Source: Vitrella brassicaformis CCMP3155 (lineage: Eukaryota > Protista > Chromerida). Taken from it: a stretch of 64,000 nucleotides of DNA. The notes beneath the pieces were generated by a model. It worked only from the letters and a program-made list of their open reading frames with translations. It made no database searches and was not told the DNA's origin. Shown one piece after another: positions 49,001-61,311 of this stretch. Position numbers and translations under genes: made by a program. How positions within the stretch are numbered: the first letter of the stretch is position 1; the number at the start of each line of letters is the position of its first letter. The stretch is taken from the NCBI GenBank assembly GCA_001179505.1, contig CDMY01000447.1, positions 1 through 64,000 of the forward strand, given 5' to 3'.

Positions 49001-49883
49001 CAGACACACAACCACGGAACCCGTGAAACACCCCAACGCCTTCGCCTGTCGCTCTTACGTTGATCTCGCGCATCACTTGGTAATATCGGGCCTTTTTCGC
49101 GGTCTTCTCACGCGATAGCTCAGCTAGCCTCGCAGCGAAGGTCTGGGCGACCCTCTCCACGACACTCATGAGGCCCTTGAGCTGCTCCGGCAGCTGCACG
49201 GCCGACAGGAAGGGCGAAGGGGTCTCCAGCTGGGGAGGTGCCGGCTCGCCGTACAATGCTGCCGCCGTGTAATGTGAGGGTGGGTCGACGTCTGTGTGGC
49301 CGTCAGCCGCCTCGCCATCTGTTGCCCTAGGGGGCGAGAGCCAGAAGCAGACCCAATCACAGACGCCACCTGCCCACACACAACATAGGACGACCAGACA
49401 GGTGCACTGAAGTGGTGCAAGTGGTGGCGTCGGCTCACCTCTGAAGAGTCCATCTTGTGCCTTCCTTGTCAGCTCTTCCACTTTCTCCTCCCAGCCCCAG
49501 TGACGCACTGCTCTAAGGACCTTCTCGAATGCCCGTGGGTCGGCGTCAATGAAGAATCGGTTGTCATCGTCCGTCGGTAAGCGGTGATCCCACTCGCCTC
49601 CGAACAGCAATGCCATCACCGAGCCCGCCGCACGGGTGAGGTGCTTGCGACGGACAGTGAACGGCCGGCCGCCCACGTTGAGGTCCAGCTGGTCGTCGCC
49701 ACAGGCCGCCGAGCCGTCGGATGCGCCGTGAAGACTCAGCAGCTCGTGGACGTCGTACGATGCTGCGATGCGTTTCTGTTCGGCCTCGAGCTCCTCCAGA
49801 AAGGCCACAATCTGTCTGTCCAATGCGCACAGGGCTCCGTGGCGCGAGAGGAGGTTGCGATCAATGGCACTCGGCAGGTCCAT
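46010..49883 (-). pseudogene. KCTD-type BTB + TLDc-like + orphan-family domain + GYF protein, with an in-frame TAG at 47020-47022
   Basis: BTB: LDLNVGGRPFTVRRKHLT...LFGGEWDHRL..FFIDADPRAFEKVL (~49700-49500). TLDc-like: KKLLKRLEG..LMFVI..VVACHIDG..RRLEVYQV (~48280-47880). The orphan domain, VDEAAVRSAI..LAGVI..DWAG..LAVHYG..LPIQL, aligns with copies A and B. GYF: WYYIDMQSTVQGPFNSQQLHQWSGYF (~46295-46205), reached through phase-0 introns 46587-46497 and 46397-46346. ORFs 47020..48312 and 46561..46905 are in the same frame, separated only by the TAG. Confidence 0.7.
47217..47270. repeat. Perfect 27-nt tandem duplication (YIPATLSAV x2), in frame
   Basis: ataccgcggaaagtgttgcaggtatat occurs at 47217-47243 and 47244-47270. 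Confidence 0.95.
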
Positions 49884-50423
49884 TGCTCTTGGCAAAGAGG
49901 TGTCGGGGGCCGACAGGCAGGGAGGAAGGGCCGCATATATACTGCCTTGTCCAGCCCCCAATGGCCTGGCAAGGTAAGGGGCTGAAAGAGAGGCACACAC
50001 AAGGGAGATGAATCAATGGTTCTGTCGTGGCGTGATTCTCTTACCACTTGGAGTCACGCGTCGATTGAACATTCGCTCTTATTCACAGCGGATGCCTGCA
50101 GCGTCGTTCATGGTTCATCCAAAGGCAAGATCATGACGGAAGTCCAAATCAGTGAGACGTTGTCTACGCCCACCGAGGCTGTTATCGTCCTCCTTGGTCT
50201 TTTCCCTCCTGGTCGTCTAGCGGGGTGTCTAGCGGGGCCTGTCCACACCCCTCTGCTTTTCTCAACACTTTTTCAGGGTTTGGGGTCAGGGTTGTCCAAC
50301 CCTCAACCCCAAACCCGGACAGGAGGGAGAGGTGTTACACAGAGTCAACCAGATTTCTGGTTCCTGGTGGTTCTTCTGCTGGTTCTTTGCCGGTTCGGAC
50401 GGCGGTGGCGATTGGTTGTGTAG

Positions 50424-51505
50424 ATGGGCTCCATCGACGTGCGTCCATCTTCATCTGTGCGTGATGACTCGAGCTCCCCTCCTCTGCTGGTGTACGTGAC
50501 GGGATTCGGTCCATTTAACAACGGTAACACGCCACACACAGCCAGACAACCGACATCAGACAGACAGACAGAGACAGACAGACAGACAGCAAGCAGACAG
50601 ACATCAGGAAACACCAGGCAAAACCAACACCCGTCGGTGTCGTGCGTTCGCGGTGTGGTGTGTCTCTCAGTGCCTCAGAACCCCACTGAGACGCTCATTC
50701 GCGAGCTGCCACGCCACCTGGTCAAGCAGCCCCTCCCAGGCGTCGACCTCTGCGGGTGTGAGGTCATCGAGGTCTCGGCAGAGGCGTCCAACGTTGCCGT
50801 GCAGCGCATCCACCAGACCGTCAGGGAGCGGGTTCGCCAGTGCTGCGGCGCGGGCGGCATCACGCACGCCGTGATAGTGCATCTGGGTGTGTACGCCAGC
50901 GACAACACCTACCGGCTGGAGTCCCTGGCGTACAACGAAGCCGCCTTCTCGGTGCCTGACGAGCGGAAGTGGCAGCCACGCTGTGCGACCGTGTGCGAGG
51001 CGGGCGAGAAGCGGCTGGCGTGTCGACTGCCGGTTCACCAGATGAACGAAGACCTCCGGCGCCAGGGCTTCAAGTGCCAGGTGTCGGTCGACGCCGGGCG
51101 GTTCGTGTGCAACTTCCTGTACTACCGCTCTCTGTTTGAGGCCGCCACACACGACACCGACATACCCGTCCTCTTCGTTCACGTGCCCCAATTCTTCATG
51201 TTCGACCTACAGGTAGGTGGGGGGGTCAGGCAGAGTCAGGCACTTAGCAAGCAGCGGCCTGCCTTGCGAATTCCCCTCTCTCTCTCTCTCTCGTTGTGCG
51301 TTGGTTACAGGAGCAGCTGAGCTTCCTGAGCTCGCTGTTTGTGGTGATCAGGCAGCGATGGTGTGAGTGCAAGTGCGAGGGCGGTGCCGAGGCGGCTGGT
51401 GTGCCGGTGCTGCGAATGGACGGCGAGGACGGCATGGCCATGCTGGGCGATGACGACGAAGGGGAGGAGAGGGAGGGCGAAGTCGGGGTGTTGCAGACTG
51501 CGTGA
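50424..51505 (+). CDS. PGPEP1: Pyroglutamyl-peptidase I (peptidase C15); exons 50424-50523, 50671-51212, 51311-51505
   Basis: VYVTGFGPFN..NPT, VHLGV, RLESLAYN (catalytic Glu), SVDAGRFVCNFLYY (Cys), LFVHVP (His). Confidence 0.93.
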
Positions 51506-51990
51506 AAGATAGAGGGGGGAGGGAGGGAGGGAGGGAGGGAGGGGGCGGAGGGAGGGACTTAAGCAGTGATAATTTTGTTTCAAGGCATGTGTGTGTGGGT
51601 AGGCACATAGCGGTCTGTGTGCGTAGTGTGCAGTGTGTGCTCTTCCTTGTCCGTACGTATCCGTAGGCATGTTCGTACGTCTTTCGTACCTACCTGCCTA
51701 CCTGCCCACCTGGCTACCTGCCTACCCGACTCCACTCCATGCTCGCCGAGCCCCTATCTATCTATCGCTGCGTTTGTTTATCTGTTGTACGTATGTCCGT
51801 ATGTTTGTATGGTGTATCCATATCATCCCGTGTGTATATGGCATTGCATCTCTAGACATAACCATCCTTTCATACGTACCGACTGAATTGCGTGTGTGTG
51901 TCACGGTTGCTTGAGTACAGATCCGTTTACACCGACCGGGGAGTCTTTTGTTTCAGCGACCTCCCGAATGCTGCATCCACTCGTCCTCCA

Positions 51991-54900
51991 ATGAACAACA
52001 GCTCTGAAGCTCAAGGGCTTCTCAACAACGTCGAGTCGGCATCGCCGACTGCCCCCGACAGCAGCAGGAGGCCAGCCGATGCTGTCGACAGGGGAGCAGA
52101 AGTGAGCGCCACCCGCGGCAAGGAGTGGCCTGGCGGTGGCGATGGACATGATGGTGCGTTCGGTGGCGTGTTTGCACTGAGGGATGGGGATGCCGTTGTG
52201 TATCGGCTGGCTGTGTCGGTCGGCATGCTGCTGCTGGCTGCGTGTGTCGGCATTGCGGGCACGGTGCTGTTTGTGGTTGGGTCATCTGATCCGCCGACAT
52301 TGCGAGGGCCAGACAACAACCGGTGCTTCTCTGTAGAGGAATGCCCAATCGAACTGTGAGTGAGAGCACCAGCAGCACAGCACGCGGATGGAATCATGGT
52401 CAATGGACGCCTGTATCTGCCTGGCTGTCTGCCTGTCTGTGCAGGTACAATCTGCCCGTCGCCATGCCCCTGACGAAGGGCACTCCATTGTCTGTCAAGT
52501 GGACCGTCACGCAGGGCGCGAAGAGCAATGCGAAGGAGTTCCCGAAGGGCAAGGTCTGCCCCGCAGCCCCGCCATCGTCCATCTATGACGACCTGGGCTC
52601 ATGCGGCATGCTCAAAGAGGTCACACACACTCATACACACACACGAGGGGATGAGACATCTGCGGCACTGTCCGTGTGTTTTGAATTCAGGGTCATCCAT
52701 ACTATCGTTTCAATGAGTTGGGGTATCGATGGGTAGCCCATAGTGAGTGGACGTACACGGCCACTTTCGACTGGCCGGCGTCTTCGGACGCCATCGCATC
52801 GGTGCTGCACAAGAAAAAGAACGGATATGGCAGCTATTCAATGGACGGGATGCTGCTGCTGGAGTTCGAAGGGCTCGACACGCTTGCCACCATCTACCTC
52901 AATGGGGCGGTGCTGGGCACTTCAGACAACATGTTCAACAAATATACATTCACAGTGGGTGTCCATACGAAACGAAAAGAGGAGCAGTCAATGCCCGCCA
53001 CCGCTCAGGTCTGCCTGTGTGCGTGTGTGATTGCAGGTGACTGGCAAGCTGAAGGAGCGCAACAACATAACAATCGCTTTTGCCAACCCCATCGTCTACG
53101 GCAACGACAGGCAGAACGACTACCCATTCAAAGTGCCCGTCACGCAGTTCCCCAACTTTCTCACTGCATCGGAGAACCCCAAAGCCAAATGGCTGCCATC
53201 GCCGGGCGGCCGCAACTTCGTCAGGAAGGCGCAGAGTGACTTTGGCTGGGACTGGGGGCCAGCACTCATCGGTGCCGGCGTGTGGAAGCCCGTCCACATT
53301 CTGGCGCTGCACGCGGGCCGCATCGACTATGTCTCGCCGCGACAGACATTCGCAAGTGATGGGTCTGTGACACTGCAGCTGGTGGTGGGTGGGCAGCTGA
53401 GGGCGGCATGCCGCACTGGCCCGCTGGCCGTTGAGGGGATTCTGACGCCTCCCGGGGTGAAGGCGGACAAGAAGCACTCAATGGTCACATCTGAACAGGT
53501 ACATACCTCACTAGATGACGCGCATGCATGGGGTGGATGTATGTGTATTTGTGTATTTCGGTGCGGTGCAGGTGATCGGGTACGACACGTCAGGTGCGGT
53601 GTGTCGTGGTCTGGAGAAGCTGACCGGCGGCTACGAGCAGCTGTTCCCCACACAGACGACCCTCACCTTCCACCTCCCCAAACCCACTCTATGGTGGCCC
53701 ATCGGATACTCGGACACACCAGGTGGTTCCCTCAGGGATATATCTGCTGCTGGCGTGTGGCTGACGGACTCTCTTCTTGTGTTGTGTGGGTGGTGTGCAG
53801 GTCAGCTGTACCGTTTGGAGGTTCGTCTGCGGGCCGGCACAGCCAGTTCGATGGGCTATATCCTGGACAAGCAGCACAAGCGCGTCGGCATCCGCAAGGT
53901 CCGCCTCATCATGGACCCCTTGTTCGATGTGTCCCACGGGCAGAGCCTTGACAAATGGCCCGCCTGCAAGGCAAGTCATCGACCGGAGAAAAGAGAGCCG
54001 TCAATCATGCGAAGCCGTCGGCTCTTTGTCGCTTTCTGTTGCATGTAGCCTGCCATCGACTGGTATCGCACAATGGAGCCGGGCATGAGCTTCTGCGACG
54101 CGTACAAGAAAGTCAGGTGCGTACATGGACATGCCCTACCGCCATCCATTCATCCATTCATCCATCCATCCATCCATCCTTGCTGAGTGCAGGCAGGAGG
54201 GCTCCGTCTGGGACAACGAGAAGCAGCAGTACTGCCACGACCAGGGCTGCTGCCAGTCGGGAGACTGCAACAAGTGCCCCCCTCAGCTGGAGCAGTGCAC
54301 GCCCTCATTCAAAGCCGAGACTTTCTACTTCGAGATCAACGGCCTGCCCGTGTGGGCCAAGGGCGCCAACCTCATTCCATTCTCATCATTCCACTCGTCC
54401 GTCACTGAGAAAGACATGAGACGCGTACTCGGTAAGGTGGGGTGGGAGGGAGGGAGGCAAGGGGCTTGCAGGAGGAGGTCATGTGCGTGTCTCTTGTGCT
54501 CTTATGTTGAACAGATGCCGCGTTGGAGGGCAATCAGAACATGCTGCGTGTGTGGGGCGGAGGTATCTACCCGGTCGACTTCCTATACAACTGGGCTGAC
54601 GAGAACGGCGTCATGGTCCGAGAGAGAAGGCCCTCGGCACTCACACCTTCACTCGCTGTCCTTTGTTCAGTTGTGGCAGGAGTTCATGTTTGCGTGCGGC
54701 ATGTACCCGACTACCAAAGAGTTCCTCGGCAGCGTGGCCGAAGAGGTACTCACACAAACACCAGACGGGGGTGTGTGCACTGTGTGGGAGAGAGATGTGT
54801 GTGTGCAGGTCCGTCAGCAGGCCAAGCGTCTGACGCACCATGCGTCTGTGGTGGTGTGGGGCGGGAACAATGAAAACGAATCAGCCATGACATGGTAAGT

Positions 54901-57155
54901 AAGTGGCTGCAAAGAGGACGCCCCTCTCCCGGTATTGTATACGCTTCTGTGTCTCAGGTTTCCTGAGATAGCGGCCAACTACGCCACCTACGTGACGGAC
55001 TATGTCGACCTGTATCTGGGCGTTATCCTAGAGGAGCTACGAAAGGTGAGCTCACGCACTGCAGGACCTTCTCTCTCGCACAGTCCATCATTACCCTCCT
55101 CTCTGTCTCTCTCGCTCTGTCTTCCCGTTTGTCAGATCACTGGCCCGTCCACGGTGTTTGTGGACTCTTCGCCGTCCAACGGCCCCCTCACCGACGAGCC
55201 GAAGCGGTACCGCAAGAGCTGGGGCGATGCGTGGGACCCGAACAGAGGCGACGTGCACTTCTACAACTATGTCATGGACTGTCTGGACGTCACTCTCTAT
55301 CCGAGGGCTAAGTTTATCAGCGAATTCGGCTTCCAGAGGTACAAAAACATGGCCACACTGTGTTTGTTGTGGACGTCTCTGCCTGCCTGCGTTGTGTGTG
55401 GTCTTGTGTTTGGCCGTCCGTCAGCCTGCCGTCGCTGCTGACGTATTTTGAGGGCGCCACCGACCCTTCCCATGGGTCGAGGGACTTCCACATCGCGTCG
55501 CATTTCGCCTATTACCGTCAGCGACACGTGGGCGGCAACTCGGAGATGATCCGGCTCTCAGGCGCACACTTCATGTGAGCTCACGCACAGACAGACCACA
55601 CTCACACAGGAGAAGAGTTTTCCAATGTCTCTATGTGTTACTCTTCTTTCAGCGTGCCCACCTCTCAGCAGACCCTTCCTCGGCGCCTCTCTGACGCTGC
55701 CACCGACACAAACGGCACCTCTGCTCCTGCCCCTCCTGTCCCCCGCTCGCCACACACCGTCAACATGACAGCCTGGCTCGCCGATGCCGACCCATCACAC
55801 ATCCTACGCGAGTATAGGAAATACTTCAATGACTCGTCTGTCGGATTGTCGGTGGCCAATGCAACGGAGACAGAGGAGGAGAAGGAGCTGGTGACGGACT
55901 TCGAGCCGGAGGCCATCAGCCGTGCGATCAACAACGCAGAAGTCGACGATTTCGACAAGTTCGTGTACCTGACACAGCTGGAGCAGGGCAGGTGCTACGA
56001 CGCGGCCGTGCGGCACTGGCGGAGGATCAAGGCCGACTGGGACGCACGCACTATGGGCGTCCTCTACTGGCAGCTCAACGATGTATGCGAACCCCCAGCC
56101 CCACACCACACGTGATCATGGAAGCACAAACAGTGATGGGTGGGTGCAGGTGTGGCAGGGCCCTTCATGGAGCTCGCTCGAGTATGGGGGTCGGTGGAAG
56201 CTTCTCCACCATATGGCCCAACGCTTCTTTGCGCCGCTGATGGTGACGGTGTCCTTCAACACTGACGCCGATCTGCTGGAGGTGTTTGCCGTCTCGGACA
56301 TACCTTTGCCAGTCTACAGAGGCACACTCACAGTCCAGGCCATCAGATACAGGCAAGGGCAGGAGTGAGGCAGCCCATCCATCCATCCATCCATCCATGT
56401 GTCTGTGTCTCTGTGTGTATCCGTATCCTGTGTCTCTGCAGTGACGGCACTTACATCTACAAGGAGGTCAAAAGCGACATCGCCTTGGGGGCGCTGACAT
56501 CCATGCTCCTCCTCCGCACCAAGGTCAGCCAGGTGCTCCAGTCCACCTGGTGGGACCCCGCTCACCTCTTCACCACTTCCTGCTCCGTCACCGAGTGCTT
56601 CCTGCGCTTCATCATCACATTCCCCGACCAGCCGGCCTATGTGGGCGGCAAGAAGGCCTCAGAAGGGCCGAGAGGCGGCACCCAGCTGACTGCGGCTGGT
56701 GATGCCTTCTTCACGCCTTTCCTGCGGGCGTCGCTGGCGTCTGCCACGGTGCATGTCAGCGCGATATCGAATGCTGAACCGATGAGGTGGGACCCCGGCT
56801 ACGAAGCTGCGCAGGGGGGGAAGCTGCAGACGAGGGCCAAGATACAGCTGCAGGCCAACAAGGGGGGAGGGGTGGCGCTGTTCGTGTGGCTCGAGACGGC
56901 CGTCAAGGGGCACTTCTCTGACAACGGTGCTGCGCAGGAAAGAGGCGGAAGAATGACCGCAAATCTCACCCTGTTTGTATTTTGTCTTCAGATTTTCACT
57001 TGATCCCTGGTGAGGGGAGGGAGGTGTATTTCATCTGTGACGACACCATCGAGAATCTGTCTGCGCGGCTGGGCCAGACGCTGCACGTGCGGCATCTGCA
57101 CGAGCCGTCACCCAAGCCAGTCAAGCTGCAGTCCCCACCACCACACATCTCGTGA
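51991..57155 (+). CDS. MANBA: Glycoside hydrolase family 2 beta-mannosidase (MANBA-like) with an N-terminal transmembrane anchor; about 18 exons
   Basis: GHPYYRFNELGYRWV, EGLDTLATIYLNG, RKAQSDFGWDWGP, FYFEINGLPVWAKGANLIP, NMLRVWGGGIY, WQEFMFACGMYP, WGGNNENE (acid/base Glu), FISEFGFQS (nucleophile Glu), [23 protein letters not shown] and FSDNDFHLIPG. Junctions are phase-compatible. Confidence 0.95.
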
Positions 57156-57894
57156 TGGGCTGGGTTCTCGAGCTCCGATGCGTGTTTTTGTGGTGTGGCC
57201 CCGATCCTTTCGCGCCTGATTTGTTCTCTCTCGTGTGTCTGCGTGTTGTCTGTGCGTGGTCGACTCGACTGTGGTGTGTGGAGTGCAGAAGAAACGACGC
57301 CATGCCATGTGCGTTGATTATACACGAACATCGTCACGTGTGTGTGTCCCGCAGACGACTCCAAACGCATCCGCACATCGCATTCATGCACCAGCGACAC
57401 GCACACACACACACACACACACAGACACCATTGACATGCACTGCACAGCAGTTCGGTCAGAAAGGGCCTCCCTCCCACCATCCACCCTCCCTCCCTCCCA
57501 GCATCCACCCTCCACACCATCCACCAAGTACCGTTCTCTACTCATGACAGCCACCTCAGCTACCTACACTCCATCTCATGTTTGGTACACCTCCTCCCCC
57601 TGCACAGTCAGTCAGTCTCGGTGTGCTGTCGATGCCGTCTTCTACACTTCCTCGTCGCCCGCCTCCTCTTCGGCAGCCCGCCTGACAGGGGGAGGGCACA
57701 CACACACACACACACACACACACATCCAGCGTACAAGAGAGCATCAGCTGGCATGTTCAGCACCCCATCAAGCTACCTGCTGCTTCGTCATTGGCTGGCT
57801 GGACGGGCACCACTCCGTCGGCGGCCTGCACCTGCACCAACGCGCGTTGTATGACACAATGTGTGCTGGATTCTTTCACCGTCCGTCTGTGTAT

Positions 57895-58724
57895 ATGCGT
57901 GGATCTATCACGGACAGGAGGGACGACAGAGACCGACAGCCAGACCGTGACCGTGACCGTCGTAGCCGGAGCCGGAGCCGGAGCCGCGACAGAGACTACG
58001 ACCCCCGACCCAGGCCAGCCAGATACCGGTATGTGCCTTTCTCACACACAAAGGACGCGAGCATCTGTGTCACTCACACGTACATGTAATGCAGCAACCC
58101 GGCAGAGGACATGCAGACTGGCCCACGCACACACCGACATTCGCGGCGGAGGCGGGACAACCTGCCTGCGCACGGACAGTGGTATTCCGAAGGAGCAGCT
58201 GCTGCTGCTGCTGCTGCGAGTGAGAGTGCGAGTGCTGGTGGTGCTAGTGTTAGTGTGCTTCAGTGCACTGTGTGTAGGGAGGACTACCAATCGGACGGCG
58301 ACAAGGCACCCCAAGTCCTCGCATGCGGTGATCAATGCACACACACCGCACACAAGACCAACACGTGGACCAATGTGGCTGTGTGTGTGGCTGTGTGTGT
58401 TTGGCGGTTTCTGTGTTGCTCAGGTCATTCCTTCTGTGCGGAGGTGAGTGAGTGGGCACTTAAAAGAGTGTTGGCGACGATGGCATGCCATGTATGTGTC
58501 TGCAGTGCGTCAGAGGGCTCATCCGCCATCACCCACATGGCCGTCGTGTTGCCCGGTGCCCCGAGTGCAGGTACGCATCAAGGCGACACACATATGGGAG
58601 TGAATGCTTCGCACTTCCTTTGTGTGTCCATCGGTCGATCAGGGCGGTGACTGCGGAGGCTAACATTCAACCGAACTACGCCCTGCGAGATCAGACAGAG
58701 ATCTTGCGCGTGGGTGGACAGTGA
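57895..58724 (+). CDS. 177-aa protein with an N-terminal RS/RD-rich segment and a C3HC4 RING finger; exons 57895-58028, 58095-58327, 58424-58443, 58506-58570, 58643-58724
   Basis: RDRDRRSRSRSRSRDRD at the N-terminus. Spliced RING: CTVCREDYQSDGDKAPQVLACGHSFCAECVRGLIRHHPHGRRVARCPECR, followed by NYAL, typical of TRIM-like RINGs. An upstream start is possible. Confidence 0.88.
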
Positions 58725-60078
58725 CGGGTCGGCATGACTCAACAGGCACACACAGATAGACAAGGCAGAGGGACTGACTAGTCTGAGGGATTCTGTCGAA
58801 GCTACAAGTGCATGGCTGGCATGGAGCCAGCAGAGATGCCCAGCTGGCTGGCTTTATGTATCTTTGTGTGTGTGTACATGAGAGACTCAGCGCGGGTGTG
58901 CAGGTCTTGTTTGATCCTAGCTATCTTGCCCTTCTGTGCCACTAATGCTGAGCAGGGAGGATGGCGGCAAAGGGGGCGAAGACAGCAAGGCGCGAACAAG
59001 ACCGGCACACTCACTGTTTTACACGTGGATGGATGGATGGATGAATGGGTCTGTCTGTCTGTCTGTCTGTGAGTATGCATTCTTGCCTGTGATCACCTCG
59101 ACGACATGCATGTATGTGTGACCCTTGTGTGTGAATTCGATGCTTTTACCAACACACCCACAAACAAACGTCGCACCAGGTAGCTCTTTCAGTAACCAAC
59201 TGCATCGAGGCGTCTTCAAGCACTCACTCACTCACATGCATGCAAACACATGCACAGCACACACATCAGAGTCCTTCCTGGGTGAGTGCAGCGTCAAGGT
59301 CGCATGGTGGGTTGGTGCGTGGTGGTGCGATATAGATTGGTCGAAGTGTCACTTCGCCATTTGTAGAATGCTTATTTATTGGATGCTGTCATCCCAATGT
59401 CTCCCACCATCCACCCTCCTCAGGCAAGACAGACAGACAGACAGAGCCGGCAAGATGGATGGGCCTCCCACCATCCATCCATCCATCCACCCTCCACACA
59501 CATGAATGGAACCCATCCTCACACATGAATGAATGAATGAATGTCATCTCTTTGTGTCTGCCCCTCCACCACCCCTCCCTCCCTCCCTCCCGGTCAACCA
59601 GCCAGCCATGTATGATCCCTCGACGAGTCCCCTGCTTGATTGAGGTCAGGAGGGGGAATCAGCCAACCCAACAACACACAACACACAAGCACGGAGCACC
59701 ACACGACACAGCACAGCACAAGACACAGCACTGCCAACAAATACATACAGCCCCCACGGATGGATGTACATATGATGATATGTCCCTGCCAGCTGCTCTC
59801 CCCGTGTGTGCGCCGCGGGACAACACCAGAATGAATAGCCAATCGATCTACAATTGGGGCGCACACGAGGGCAGACCAAGACAGACAGACAAGCCAGGTG
59901 AGCTCTACATCCGCCGTACATTCATTCAAACGTGCAGACAGACACCTTCATTATGGACGGACATGAATGAACATGTACGCACCCCCCCTTTATCTGCCTC
60001 TCCCCGCACCAAGCGAGAAGAGACACACCTCAGCTCATGTGTCGCATCCATCCATCCACTCACGCATCCTCGTGTGGC

Positions 60079-60781
60079 TCATCTAAAGCCAAACGCATCA
60101 CGTATTTTACTTGTAACATTTTCTTCGACTGCCCTCCCCATGACTTCCCCCTGACGTCCGACTTCGCTTGCAGCCTCGCCGATGTTCCTCCCGATCTCAG
60201 GTCTCTTCTCTCGGCCAAACTTCTCGCCCCTTTTCGCCCCTGCCCAGGCGCCAGCAGCCATTCCGACGGCCGCCCCGGTTGCGCTTCCATACCTCTCGCC
60301 CAGGCGTTCGCCCTCATTGCCCAAGTCGTGGCCATGCTTATTGCCAATCCCAATGGTATGTCTGCTGTGGTAGTAGTCGTCTTCGATCTCATGGGCAGGC
60401 GGAGTATTCTCTGCGACATTCTTGATTGTCTCGACCGCATCGACTAGGTCACCGAAATCCTCAATCTCGGGCAGCTCGATGCCGAATGGACCAAGGCGAC
60501 GCAGTCCCGGCCTTTTCAAGTCTTCATCCGCCTTGACGGAAACGCCAGACCTGCAGCAGGCAAGACAGACAGACAGGCAGACAGACAGACAGGCGTATGG
60601 TGCATCATGTGTGTGTGTGGGCTCGTGTGTGTGTTTCCTTCTCTTACTTCTCTTGTGTGGCCTTGTCACGCAGAGAGCGGAGCACATTGGGCGCAGCCTT
60701 GACATTGTCAGCGGGGCTTCCAGACACCACCGCGGCGATGACCAGCAGGGCGACAGCCGACATCATGACGAAGCGAACCAT
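60079..60781 (-). CDS. Small secreted or membrane protein with signal peptide and glycine-zipper helix; 2 exons
   Basis: Signal-like start MVRFVMMSAVALLVIAAVVSG. The phase-2 intron (AA|gtaaga ... ctgcag|G) joins to ORF 60079..60705. Contains YGSATGAAVGMAAGAWAGAKRG (GxxxG repeats). Confidence 0.72.
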
Positions 60782-60823
60782 TGTGGAGTGACAATGAACG
60801 AACCGAAGGAAGAGCAAAGCCAG

Positions 60824-60888
60824 GGGGCGGCGAGGGGAAGAGCGAGAGCGACCGACCGGGGCGGCGAGGGGAAGAGCGAGAGCGACCG
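60824..60888. repeat. 31-nt direct repeat (period 34) just upstream of the secreted glycine-zipper gene
   Basis: ggggcggcgaggggaagagcgagagcgaccg at ~60824-60854 and ~60858-60888. Confidence 0.85.
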
Positions 60889-61311
60889 GATAGAAGAGAG
60901 AGGGACCGATGGAAGCGATGCAGACGAGAGAATGAGACGACACACGACAGGCACCAGAGAGAGCGAGCGAGCGAGCGAGAGATCCCGTTCTCTCCTCTCC
61001 TACGAAACGAAACACCTGCAGACACACACAAGTAGTCCCCTAGGACACTTTTGCGTAGGCGGGTGGCTTCTTCAAGCTGCAGCTGCTGCAGCAGGCCGAG
61101 CAACAACATCGCAAATGAATCGCGAATCTCTGCGCAAGGACGAGCTCGCAAAGCTCGCGGGGGAGGGAAGGGGGGGCGAGCCTCCCGTTGGGGTCCCCCC
61201 GTCTCTTTTTGTGTAAGCGGAAAGTGGGAGGATCACGCTTTACAGATCTCGCCGATTCGCTGTGTGTGTTTGTTGTCGTCAGCTTCCTTCTCGTGAGATC
61301 TCGAGAGATCC

